Origin: an uncultured Gammaproteobacteria bacterium
GTDB lineage: Bacteria; Patescibacteriota; Microgenomatia; UBA1406; GWC2-37-13
Direction of reading: 5' to 3'
Assembly: GCA_964553365.1 (NCBI GenBank)
Contig: CAZKKK010000001.1
Location: forward strand, 1 to 45,335
DNA length: 45,335 nucleotides
Under the pieces are notes generated by a model that worked only from the letters and a program-made list of their open reading frames with translations, was not told the origin of the DNA and made no database searches. Made by a program: the position numbers and the translations under genes. Positions 18,297-27,400 of the stretch are shown here, piece by piece. The first letter of the stretch is position 1, and every line of letters begins with the position of its first letter.

Positions 18297-18325
18297 ATTA
18301 TGGAGAATAATTTGCCCATTGTCAA
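18297..18325 (-). promoter_or_regulatory. Sigma70-type promoter for the ClpC-like gene (TTGACA-17 nt-CATAAT)
   Basis: The reverse strand of the 40-nt divergent spacer reads TTG-TTGACA-ATGGGCAAATTATTCTC-CATAAT-GAAATTAT-ATG. This is a consensus -35, a 17-nt spacer and a -10. The ATG is 8 nt after the -10, so the leader is essentially absent. Confidence 0.55.
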
Positions 18326-18327
18326 CA

Positions 18328-18910
18328 AATGATAAAAAAAATACTTCCTATCTCCATTTTCGTTCTTGTCTTTGTTTCCATTCTCCTCATTTGGTTCCAA
18401 AGCACCCTCAATAAGGGGGGTTCTGGTAACTCTTCCCTGACTCCTACTATAGTCCCAGGAAAACAAGGAAGTGGATATACTCCCCTTACCGGAAAGACTA
18501 CTGGTGGAAATGCTGTGAAACAACTCTCTCCAGAGGAACTGAAAAAGAAACTTCCCATCATCGCTCCGGATTTCACCCTTGATTATTCTCCTCGCATGCA
18601 AAGATATGTGGTTACTGAAACGGGAGAAGGAGCCGCTAATTCCTACAATGATTGGATTGAACAGAATCCTGCTGCCGCAAATGAGCTCCAGGGTGCCGTT
18701 GTTACCAAACAGACAGTGGAAGAGCTGAATGCGGTACTTGACAATGCAAAGAAGAATCAACAGACCCCAGAGGAAAAGGCAGTAGAAAAAGCCACTGCAT
18801 TTACCTCCACATTCAAAATGCTCAACAGTCTTCCTTACATACTCATGAATATCCCAACCCCTCAATCGTCATTGAATCCTACAACTCCTCCAAAAGCACC
18901 AAGTCCGACT
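18328..18910. repeat. Copy 1 of a 583-bp perfect direct repeat
   Basis: It is identical to 20213..20795. Identity was judged by direct reading of both boundaries and by identical translations in three overlapping frames of the supplied ORF track. Confidence 0.9.
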
Positions 18911-19624
18911 GAATCCATGTCTCCAACGCCGAATGAGACACAACCCACGAAAGCCACTTCACCAACTGCGTCCCCGACCATACCGAGCGGGTCCACGAGC
19001 AACATACTCCCTAATCCTCTACCTGCCATATCATCTAAGGCTTTGAGCTTTAAACAATCCATAGGGCCTTGCATTTCAAATAAATCTCTCTATGAAGTGG
19101 CGTCATCTAAAACCGGTATTCAATGGGAAATACTTGCCGCAATTCACTATAACGAAGGTGGATGCGGTCAGAATAGCTCATTAGTGAGCGGGCGCGCGAT
19201 CGGAACGAACGAACCAGATATCGTACGAGGTGGTGGTTGTAGTAGCGGGGTAAGTGGGGAGGGAATTCCTTATCCTCTTCCCGGTGGTGGGTGTGGTTTT
19301 AAGACTCTCCTAGACTCGGCGATTTATGCAGGGAATCACATAAAGGGCAAGATCGGGAAAGTCCCCTCCAACTTTCAGGAACTTGCGAAGGCGTTTACTC
19401 GTTATAACGGAGGGGGCAACTCTAACTGTGGAAAAACTCCTTATACTAATTGCCCACGATTGTATGAAGGAGAAGATGATCCCTACGTCATGAACTTCTT
19501 CGATAGCAAACATGAAACGATGTATCTTGTGTACTGCGCGGATTTGACAAAATGTAATCCACCTCGGTCCTATGTTCGCCCTGGGGCCGGCACCATTATT
19601 AGATTAGTTACTAACCAAATATGA
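18329..19624 (+). CDS. Secreted/anchored protein: shared N-module + PTS linker + lysozyme-like (lytic-transglycosylase-like) domain
   Basis: It has an N-terminal TM/signal (ILPISIFVLVFVSILLIWF), the 194-aa shared module and a Pro/Thr/Ser linker. The C-terminal domain has WEILAAIHYNEGG (candidate catalytic Glu) and FTRYNGGG, which resembles the A-Y-N-x-G motif of SLT-family transglycosylases. Several Cys are present. Confidence 0.7.
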   Translation: MIKKILPISIFVLVFVSILLIWFQSTLNKGGSGNSSLTPTIVPGKQGSGYTPLTGKTTGGNAVKQLSPEELKKKLPIIAPDFTLDYSPRMQRYVVTETGEGAANSYNDWIEQNPAAANELQGAVVTKQTVEELNAVLDNAKKNQQTPEEKAVEKATAFTSTFKMLNSLPYILMNIPTPQSSLNPTTPPKAPSPTESMSPTPNETQPTKATSPTASPTIPSGSTSNILPNPLPAISSKALSFKQSIGPCISNKSLYEVASSKTGIQWEILAAIHYNEGGCGQNSSLVSGRAIGTNEPDIVRGGGCSSGVSGEGIPYPLPGGGCGFKTLLDSAIYAGNHIKGKIGKVPSNFQELAKAFTRYNGGGNSNCGKTPYTNCPRLYEGEDDPYVMNFFDSKHETMYLVYCADLTKCNPPRSYVRPGAGTIIRLVTNQI

Positions 19625-20196
19625 ACTTTCTACAAAGCACCAAAAACAAGATTGTAGTATTTATATCTCTTTTTTTTCTTTTTGGAATTATATTCCTACT
19701 GTCAAAAAATACCTTCATTGAAACAAAAAAATCAAACAATATCTCTCCTACGAGCATAAACACCCAAAACAGCAGCGAAAAAAATCCTTCATATAAAAAA
19801 GGGGGTCTAATTCCTACCTATCCGCCCAAAGAAGGGAGTGGAGTGGATCTAAGGACTCCCTTAGTAACACAATCAATAATAGAAATCGAAAAATTATATT
19901 CCTCTCTTCCTTATGAGGTAACAATAAATACACCTTCAAACCAGGAAGTTTCCATTGTCATTCCAGATAAAACAGCACAAACAAATCCATGGACTCTCCA
20001 AGTCTATGTTTTTGGTCTAGATTATCAACTTGCCAAAAATGATCCAGAATATGCCTCAGCAAAAAATTCTTTCAAATATTCCGTCGCTTCTCTTTATAAA
20101 TGGATTGAGGAAAAAGGTGCAGATCCCAAAAAAATAATGATCATCTGGGGAGATAAAGAACTTATACAGAACAAGTCGCAAGAGTGGCTTGAATAA
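19621..20196 (+). CDS. Membrane-anchored hypothetical protein (partner of hydrolase 1)
   Basis: Its ATG overlaps the upstream stop (ATGA). It has an N-terminal TM (IVVFISLFFLFGIIFLL) and an extracytoplasmic domain of about 160 aa. Confidence 0.65.
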   Translation: MNFLQSTKNKIVVFISLFFLFGIIFLLSKNTFIETKKSNNISPTSINTQNSSEKNPSYKKGGLIPTYPPKEGSGVDLRTPLVTQSIIEIEKLYSSLPYEVTINTPSNQEVSIVIPDKTAQTNPWTLQVYVFGLDYQLAKNDPEYASAKNSFKYSVASLYKWIEEKGADPKKIMIIWGDKELIQNKSQEWLE

Positions 20197-20212
20197 TGTA
20201 GTATGAATATAT

Positions 20213-20795
20213 AATGATAAAAAAAATACTTCCTATCTCCATTTTCGTTCTTGTCTTTGTTTCCATTCTCCTCATTTGGTTCCAAAGCACCCTCAATAAG
20301 GGGGGTTCTGGTAACTCTTCCCTGACTCCTACTATAGTCCCAGGAAAACAAGGAAGTGGATATACTCCCCTTACCGGAAAGACTACTGGTGGAAATGCTG
20401 TGAAACAACTCTCTCCAGAGGAACTGAAAAAGAAACTTCCCATCATCGCTCCGGATTTCACCCTTGATTATTCTCCTCGCATGCAAAGATATGTGGTTAC
20501 TGAAACGGGAGAAGGAGCCGCTAATTCCTACAATGATTGGATTGAACAGAATCCTGCTGCCGCAAATGAGCTCCAGGGTGCCGTTGTTACCAAACAGACA
20601 GTGGAAGAGCTGAATGCGGTACTTGACAATGCAAAGAAGAATCAACAGACCCCAGAGGAAAAGGCAGTAGAAAAAGCCACTGCATTTACCTCCACATTCA
20701 AAATGCTCAACAGTCTTCCTTACATACTCATGAATATCCCAACCCCTCAATCGTCATTGAATCCTACAACTCCTCCAAAAGCACCAAGTCCGACT
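20213..20795. repeat. Copy 2 of the 583-bp perfect direct repeat
   Basis: It is identical to 18328..18910, with a period of 1885 nt. Confidence 0.9.
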
Positions 20796-21380
20796 AATGG
20801 AGCATCCAATCCTACACCGACCAAAGTAGCTTCCAATCCACCAGCTTCGGGAACTGGATATGTATATTACTCACAATGTAGTGGTCCATACGATGCGCTT
20901 CCACTTCCGAATGGATGCACTATTTGCTATGCCGGATGTGGACCGACAAGTGCTGCAATGCTACTTTCAACATTTATTGATAAATCCCTCACCCCTCCAA
21001 AAACGATCGACCTCATGGATAAAGCAGGTGTTCGTATTGGATGTTATGGCTCTTATGTATCAGAGATATACTCCTATTTGAAAAGAAGGGGTGATCTTAA
21101 AGTCACCGATTTCATAATTCCTTCTGAACAAGCCCTCTCTGCAAAAAGTGTTGCGAAGGACTTCAAAGGATACACAGACGCAGGATACGCAGTGTTCGTT
21201 CTTGCCAACTTTAAAGTGGGAAGTGGCGGCCATTATTTCCTGGTCACAGCCGTAAACGACAATGGAGATATTCTTGCTTACGACCCATACTACGGAAAAC
21301 AACAAACCCCCCCTATAAATGAAAATAGATATGCACCAGCACCGTATTATCGTTATGCATTTGCCGTAAAAAAATCATGA
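20214..21380 (+). CDS. Secreted/anchored protein: shared N-module + linker + C39-like papain-fold cysteine peptidase
   Basis: It carries the same 194-aa N-module. The C-terminal domain has YYSQ (oxyanion Gln), AGCGPTSAAMLL (nucleophile Cys context typical of Peptidase_C39_2), GSGGHYFLVTAV (His) and LAYDPY (Asp). Confidence 0.78.
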   Translation: MIKKILPISIFVLVFVSILLIWFQSTLNKGGSGNSSLTPTIVPGKQGSGYTPLTGKTTGGNAVKQLSPEELKKKLPIIAPDFTLDYSPRMQRYVVTETGEGAANSYNDWIEQNPAAANELQGAVVTKQTVEELNAVLDNAKKNQQTPEEKAVEKATAFTSTFKMLNSLPYILMNIPTPQSSLNPTTPPKAPSPTNGASNPTPTKVASNPPASGTGYVYYSQCSGPYDALPLPNGCTICYAGCGPTSAAMLLSTFIDKSLTPPKTIDLMDKAGVRIGCYGSYVSEIYSYLKRRGDLKVTDFIIPSEQALSAKSVAKDFKGYTDAGYAVFVLANFKVGSGGHYFLVTAVNDNGDILAYDPYYGKQQTPPINENRYAPAPYYRYAFAVKKS

Positions 21381-21847
21381 TCCCAAAATCAATAATTAAA
21401 TTCTATTTAGTGCCCGGTGTTATTGTGTTAGTGATAATCATTTTGGTGCTCATCATTCCTTTAGGGAAAAAGAAGGAGACAATCCAAACTCCATCACCAA
21501 CTTCCGAGACCCCAGTAAACATCTCAATTACCAAGGCTGTTTCTCGCCCTCTGACTCCATCTTCAGCAAATAAAATCTCCCCCACCCTTATTCCCATTCC
21601 AGACTTTACTGGTGCCGAGGCAAATCAAGAACTTCCCCCTGACATAAAGATATTGGGGGAACAAAAAACGACACTTCGCAGGCTTACCCCCCTCACGCTT
21701 CCTTTTGCGGTAATAAACTTTGATTATGAGAACGATATGTTTGTAGTACTCCTATCAGAACCGAAAGACCAAAGCAGGGTACAATTCAATGCCTGGAGAG
21801 ATCAAAATTATTCCGCCTTAACGGACTCTAAATTTGTATTCAATTGA
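21377..21847 (+). CDS. Membrane-anchored hypothetical protein (partner of hydrolase 2)
   Basis: Its ATG overlaps the upstream stop (ATGA). It has an N-terminal TM (LVPGVIVLVIIILVLII) and a PTS linker. The C-terminal ~55 aa resemble part of the shared N-module. Confidence 0.65.
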   Translation: MIPKSIIKFYLVPGVIVLVIIILVLIIPLGKKKETIQTPSPTSETPVNISITKAVSRPLTPSSANKISPTLIPIPDFTGAEANQELPPDIKILGEQKTTLRRLTPLTLPFAVINFDYENDMFVVLLSEPKDQSRVQFNAWRDQNYSALTDSKFVFN

Positions 21848-21919
21848 CCTGTCCTCTCAATAGAATAGCCTCAGAACTTTTAGTCTTTACAGAGTGTATA
21901 TACTTGTATACAATGAATT

Positions 21920-23602
21920 ATGCCTCGTGTATTTACCTCAGGAATTGATTTCATTAAAAAAGCAATTTTGGTAGTGGTGGTCTACTATATAGTTTTCTCC
22001 ATATTTGGCAACGTAATCAATAGGAATCGTCCTCAAATTGATGATAAGGTTATTATTGCCGCCCAACAAAAAGAAATGTATAAGGTGTTGGACAACAATA
22101 AATTGAGTCAAACCAAGGCTGGGAAGATTTCGATAGCTCTCTATCGATTTACTAATTGTGCATTTATAGGAGAGCTTTGCACAGACAAGCCGATTGCGGA
22201 TGATAGCTACTTCAAATCAAGCCTCTTGGGTAAAATGTCATCGCTGATAGCACTTCCGTATCAAAATCCCCCGGCCTCAGGTGCCTATTGGGTAGCTGAC
22301 ACTCTTCAAAAAGCCGGCTTTATACCCGCCTCATATGCGGCAGAGGGTCTTGGGTATTCTTCATTGAAGCCTCTCATAAATATATGGAAAATTTTTCGTG
22401 ATGTTTCCTATCTCCTTATTGTCCTCATACTCGTCTCTATTGGATTTATGATTATGTTCCGCATGAAACTCAATCCTCAAACGGTTATATCAGTAGAAAA
22501 TGCACTCCCAAAGATAGTCGTCGCATTACTTCTCATTACTTTTTCATTCGCGATAGCGGGTTTCTTAATCGATATTACATATCTCCTCATACTTCTTTCC
22601 ATAAATCTTCTCAGTACCGGGGACGTGTATGTCAAAGTCCAAAACCAACTTCTTAATTCGAACTTGGGAACGTTGTGGGACTATATTCTCCCTAAAAATG
22701 GAACACTACTCGACCCAGTGTCTCGAGTATTTTATTTGGGCGATGCATTCGCTGCATTATTACCGAATGAAATAAATAATGCAGTTAAGATTCTGTCAGG
22801 TGGAGCTATTCTCTATTTTGTAGGAGCCTCCATGGTGAGAAAAGTCGAAGGAACGGGATTAGTAGCGTTTTTAAATGGCATAAACATTATAGGAAATGGT
22901 GTGGGAAATCTTTTTCAGGGGATAATTGGCACTATTGTGACTTTGGTGATTTATTCAAGTCTAGGTATAATGGCCGCAAATGGGCTTGGACTTATTTTTG
23001 GGATAATCGTCTTCCTTACTTTCACAAGTATATTGTTCACTATTTTCTTTCTCCTATTCCGATCTTATTTGCAAATTATCCTCATGATTGTTTTTGCCCC
23101 GGTTATCTTGCTCCTTGAAGCTGTGCCGGGAAAATCTACTTTCGGTTATTGGATTAAAGGGTTAATTGGAGAACTTATTACATTCCCAGTCGTTATTACG
23201 ATGCTCTTGGTGGGAAAAATGATGACGACCACCTTATCATATCCAGGTGACTATTGGAAAGCTCCATTTATTGGAAATCTGAATACCACAGGGTTTGGAG
23301 TAATAATGGGAGCTGGATTGATTTTTCTTATCCCCGACATTGTTAAACTAGTCAAAGATGGACTTGGAGTGAAGCCTCTTCCATTTAATCTTGGTGTCGG
23401 CACCTTTCTTGGTGGTGCTGGAGTACTGGGAGGAGGAGCTATGGGTATCTTGCAGCAATTTAGTACCTTGAATATGGGTATGGCTGCATTTGGAGATCAG
23501 GGTATCATTTCAAAATTACGAGGTAAGGGTGAGATTCCAAAAGAAAAAGCAAAGACTCCAGCTGTTACAACGGGTGTCGTTGTCCCAGGTCAGCCAACAT
23601 AA
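21920..23602 (+). CDS. Large polytopic integral membrane protein (possible VirB6/TrbL-like channel component, speculative)
   Basis: It is 560 aa. An N-terminal TM and an extracytoplasmic loop of about 130 aa come first. At least 8-10 hydrophobic helices and a Gly-rich C-terminal region (GVGTFLGGAGVLGGGAMG) follow. No catalytic motif was recognised. Confidence 0.7.
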   Translation: MPRVFTSGIDFIKKAILVVVVYYIVFSIFGNVINRNRPQIDDKVIIAAQQKEMYKVLDNNKLSQTKAGKISIALYRFTNCAFIGELCTDKPIADDSYFKSSLLGKMSSLIALPYQNPPASGAYWVADTLQKAGFIPASYAAEGLGYSSLKPLINIWKIFRDVSYLLIVLILVSIGFMIMFRMKLNPQTVISVENALPKIVVALLLITFSFAIAGFLIDITYLLILLSINLLSTGDVYVKVQNQLLNSNLGTLWDYILPKNGTLLDPVSRVFYLGDAFAALLPNEINNAVKILSGGAILYFVGASMVRKVEGTGLVAFLNGINIIGNGVGNLFQGIIGTIVTLVIYSSLGIMAANGLGLIFGIIVFLTFTSILFTIFFLLFRSYLQIILMIVFAPVILLLEAVPGKSTFGYWIKGLIGELITFPVVITMLLVGKMMTTTLSYPGDYWKAPFIGNLNTTGFGVIMGAGLIFLIPDIVKLVKDGLGVKPLPFNLGVGTFLGGAGVLGGGAMGILQQFSTLNMGMAAFGDQGIISKLRGKGEIPKEKAKTPAVTTGVVVPGQPT

Positions 23603-23689
23603 AGAAAGACAACTGAATATTACTTAATATTAAGACTCCTAATGCCTCTGCATGTTTCAACCTAACTTTATTGCTTTGAAGGAGGAGTG

Positions 23690-24436
23690 TTAACTGAATC
23701 CTGGTATCTTAAGTATATCGACTCCAATTATCTTAAGGATGAGCACTGAAAAAATGATAACCATGAGTCCCGTGATACAATTTGTCATCATCTCCTGAGC
23801 CTTCTTCACCTTCTCGGCGTTCCCAGCTGATGTTTGCATTTGAAACGCAGCAAGCATGATGCAGAGCATAGAAATACCCCCCGCAAGCCCTATCCCGGTC
23901 CTCATTATATTATTTGCGATAAAGTCCCCAATGTTCCCGTTAAAGCATCCCAAAGCAGTCCATGCACCTGATTTGTTATGTGAACAGTCTATGCAGAGCG
24001 TTTGTTCTGAAGGTGATTTGATATTTTGACACAAAGGCTCCAAAGCGGAAAGTGGCTCCGCTGGGGGTTCGATAATGCAGACGCATCCTGCATCTGCCTG
24101 CGGCCCACTTGGCGTCCCTTCTGCACACGCTTTTACTACTATCGACTTCTGTTGCTGGATCAATTCATTTGTGACTTTGTCAGTGAGTGGTTGAAGGATA
24201 TCTCGACCTGCATTAAGAACAATATTGTTGTAGTCAATGGTCCCCGGCTTAATGATGGGAGATTTACAGCATTTTTGAAAATCCCCCGTTCTATTGGGAT
24301 CTCCACAATTTATACCCGGTTGAGGAGCATCTGTAACGCCAACCACCTGGGAATAGGAGGTCTTCTGCGTAATTACCAGTACCGTAATGACGAATAATAT
24401 CGCCAATATTTTTCTTACCATATATTTACTATACAC
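23690..24436 (-). CDS. Secreted Cys-rich protein with a C-terminal two-TM pilin-like (TrbC/VirB2 or T4SS-pilin-like) module
   Basis: It has a signal peptide (ILAILFVITVLVITQKTSYSQ) and an ectodomain of about 150 aa with about 12 Cys. These are followed by GIGLAGGISMLCIMLAAFQMQTSAGNAEKVKKAQEMMTNCITGLMVIIFSVLILKIIG. Confidence 0.7.
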   Translation of the reverse strand: MYSKYMVRKILAILFVITVLVITQKTSYSQVVGVTDAPQPGINCGDPNRTGDFQKCCKSPIIKPGTIDYNNIVLNAGRDILQPLTDKVTNELIQQQKSIVVKACAEGTPSGPQADAGCVCIIEPPAEPLSALEPLCQNIKSPSEQTLCIDCSHNKSGAWTALGCFNGNIGDFIANNIMRTGIGLAGGISMLCIMLAAFQMQTSAGNAEKVKKAQEMMTNCITGLMVIIFSVLILKIIGVDILKIPGFS

Positions 24437-24442
24437 TAATGA

Positions 24443-27400
24443 TTACTTCTTTTTTCCTTCAGAATTTTCAAAAGCCTTTTTAATTTGAGCTATCAAAATG
24501 AAAAGAAGGAATGCAGGGAGATATTTATTAAGGATATCAAAGAACATATCGTTTTTTGTTCCTCCGAATTTTTCCCTAAGCGATTTGGACCACACCGCAT
24601 GATTGCGTTTTCTTTTCCAGAAAAGCGGAACGTCGGGAATCGTAAACTCTTTATCAATTCCGGGTATTTTAAATTTACCCGTCTTTGAATCTCCCCCGAG
24701 TAATCCTGCGAGTTTTGAAGTTGATATTTTTTCCGGCATCTTCATGGGCTTTTTCAAAAAAGGCAGTGTCAAATATACCGGTTCTTTTTCTGGCTCTGAT
24801 GCAATATTGTATGGCGTCCCTGGAACAAGGTTTCGCGCTTCAAGAGCGGTGATAAAGCGATCAATATCGGAACTGTCCCACTCCCACACTCCCGTTTTCC
24901 TATGAACGCTCTCTGCCGCCATTGAATTGAACCGCCCTATTCCGAATGCACCCATCATCGCCCGCGCTTGTGTGTCTTTTTTCATATACATTATCGTCAT
25001 TGACGCTAAGTTTGAGGCAAGTTCATTTGCATAAGGAAATCCAATGATGCCATCCATCGCGCCCCACACTTTTTGGATGATCTCAATCACGGGGCCGAAA
25101 TCCTTCTTACCGTTTATTGCCATGTCGCGCAGAGTTTTCACTAACTGAGTGATAGGTTCCGAAACGCCTTTTTCAACGGCTGCGACGTCTCGGAGAGATC
25201 TTGCAAGTACGCTTTCTCCTCCTCCTCGGAAGGGGATGAAACTCATATCCGTTTCGTCCAATGCAATAGTATATTTTGATTTGCGTTCTTGTGCACCTCC
25301 ATGTTTGAAAAAAGGGACAAGGTCTACATCGACAAATTCCTTTCCCTTATTGGGCCCAGTTGTATACTTGAAATCGATATAATTGCTTTGGATGTGACCG
25401 AATAATTTCAAAACATTGTTAAGTCGCGTCTGGTCCATCTTCCCTTTTGCGATAAGAGGACCAAGGAGGGCTTTGATTGTGTCTGGATTCATTTCATAAT
25501 CTATTTCTCCATATTTCCACTCTTCTCCCGGCTTCCCACTATCACGTTTTATATACATTTGTCTACTCACGTCTCTCCGCAGCATTTGTTCAGCCAAGAG
25601 CATGTCTGTCATGATGTTGTCGAATTTGTCAGACTCTCCCTCAAGACCCATATCTTTCATCACTTTTTTATACCTACTCGTTCCGTCGGGGGAAAGCCTA
25701 TCACGATCCATGCGGATTATTTTGCTCGGCAAACGCTTCACGATGACGCGCGCAAGCATCCGATCTAAAAATTCGAATGATGCTGCCGCTTCCACTTCTC
25801 CCTCAATATCGTCCGGGGCGCTCAGACCGCTGCGGACTTTCCCTAGGACTTCATTCCTCTTCGCATCACGGATCTTATCCATGTATTTACCCAGGTCTTT
25901 TGGATCTTTATCGAAATATTTTTCAAATATATACTTAAATAAAGCATCTTTTTGTTCATACAGTGCTGATTGCTCTTTACTCATTCCAAAAGTACTCCGA
26001 GCTTTTAAAAGATCATCATCCCCTGCTTTTGGATGTGGACCAAGCTTGGTAACATAATCCTGCAAAAGTTCATAACCGATATTCTCTAAATGTTGAAAAG
26101 TTTTCAAATGGTTTGTTTTGACATAACTTTGTCCTTTTTCATTTGTTACTTTATCGCTGATATAAAGACTATCAAGTTGCCATGCAGTACGCCAACCCTT
26201 GCGCTGCATAGGACCTCCCACTAGACCAATATTGTTAAGCTTATCGAAGAATGTCTGTTCAGGGAGCGGCTCTCGCCCTTTAATGAAGGATGCCTTATAT
26301 TTCTCTGCCTTATCCCACAGCGCGTGATGGTCGGTAAATGCCTGACTCCCTTTAAAACTGTCAACGGGGAGGAAAAAGATTGGATCAAGAAGATTTGGTC
26401 CTCCCGCGAAACGAGCCAAGAGGTGTTGGGGATTAAAAGCCATGAGAGCAGTAGCATCCTGGTGATAATAGCTTGTGAATGTGGATCCTCCCGTCTCATT
26501 CAGATGGGGATCTGCATGGGCAGCCATCTCAACCTCAGTGAGAAACATTCCACGTGAAGCTCCAACAGCCATAGTAAGAGCGGCGGTAAGCCGTTCCTCT
26601 GAAGCATCTCCAAACATCGCACTTAGTTGCTCCAAAACCCGACCTTCGATTTGGGTGGTGTGCTTATTCAGTTGTGCTGTAAACATTCCAGCCGAGTGTC
26701 GCCAATCATTTTTCGCGAAGCCCTCTTCAATCATTTTGTTATACAAACCAAAAGCACTCTGAAAAATATCATTATCGGGCAACAACATCATCTGATCGAA
26801 GTCCAACATCGATGTCTCTGCTGCGAATTTTGCAAGTTGACCATAAAATCCTGTCTGGGCATCAACCGGATGAAGAAAGACCGCGCGGGAATTATGAGTA
26901 TATCTTCGAGCTTCGATATAATGATCAACGATTTGATCTAGGTAATGTGCAAAATGCGAGCCGCTCGCCTCTTCTGCTTCCAACTTGGTTCTAAATCGGG
27001 GACGTGGTTTAAGGCTCCCTTTGACATTGACTGAAACGGTTTCCGTATCCTGCTCCAACCGTTGGAAAAACTTCGGAGCTTCTTTTCCGCTTTTTTCAAG
27101 TTCTACCTGATACGGTGCTAAGCTCGTTCCCAGGAGAGTAATGCGGCGTTTGAGCTCGCTTTTTACCGGAGTGATACCCTTCATGATATCCTCTTGTTCG
27201 ATGCTCTGGAAAAACTCCTTCGGGCTTTCATGATCTAGCCTTGTATACAACTTCGCGAACAAAAGAGATATCTTCACTTCCATTTGCTCCGAAGCCTTTT
27301 GGGCTATCTTTGTTTTATCGAGGCTCGGATCTTTTTTTATTTCTTCTGCTTGGATCTTTTCGTAATAATCGACAAACTTAGCGGGGGAATACAACGCTTT

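Noticed and set aside
18272-18865. A 197-aa minus-strand ORF and its near-twin at 20094..20750 (218 aa), plus 18322..18576 and 20162..20461.
   Set aside because: They lie antisense to the well-supported hydrolase N-module. Their duplication is just a by-product of the 583-bp repeat, and their composition is Cys/Phe/Leu-rich nonsense. I treat them as shadow ORFs, useful only as evidence that the two copies are identical.
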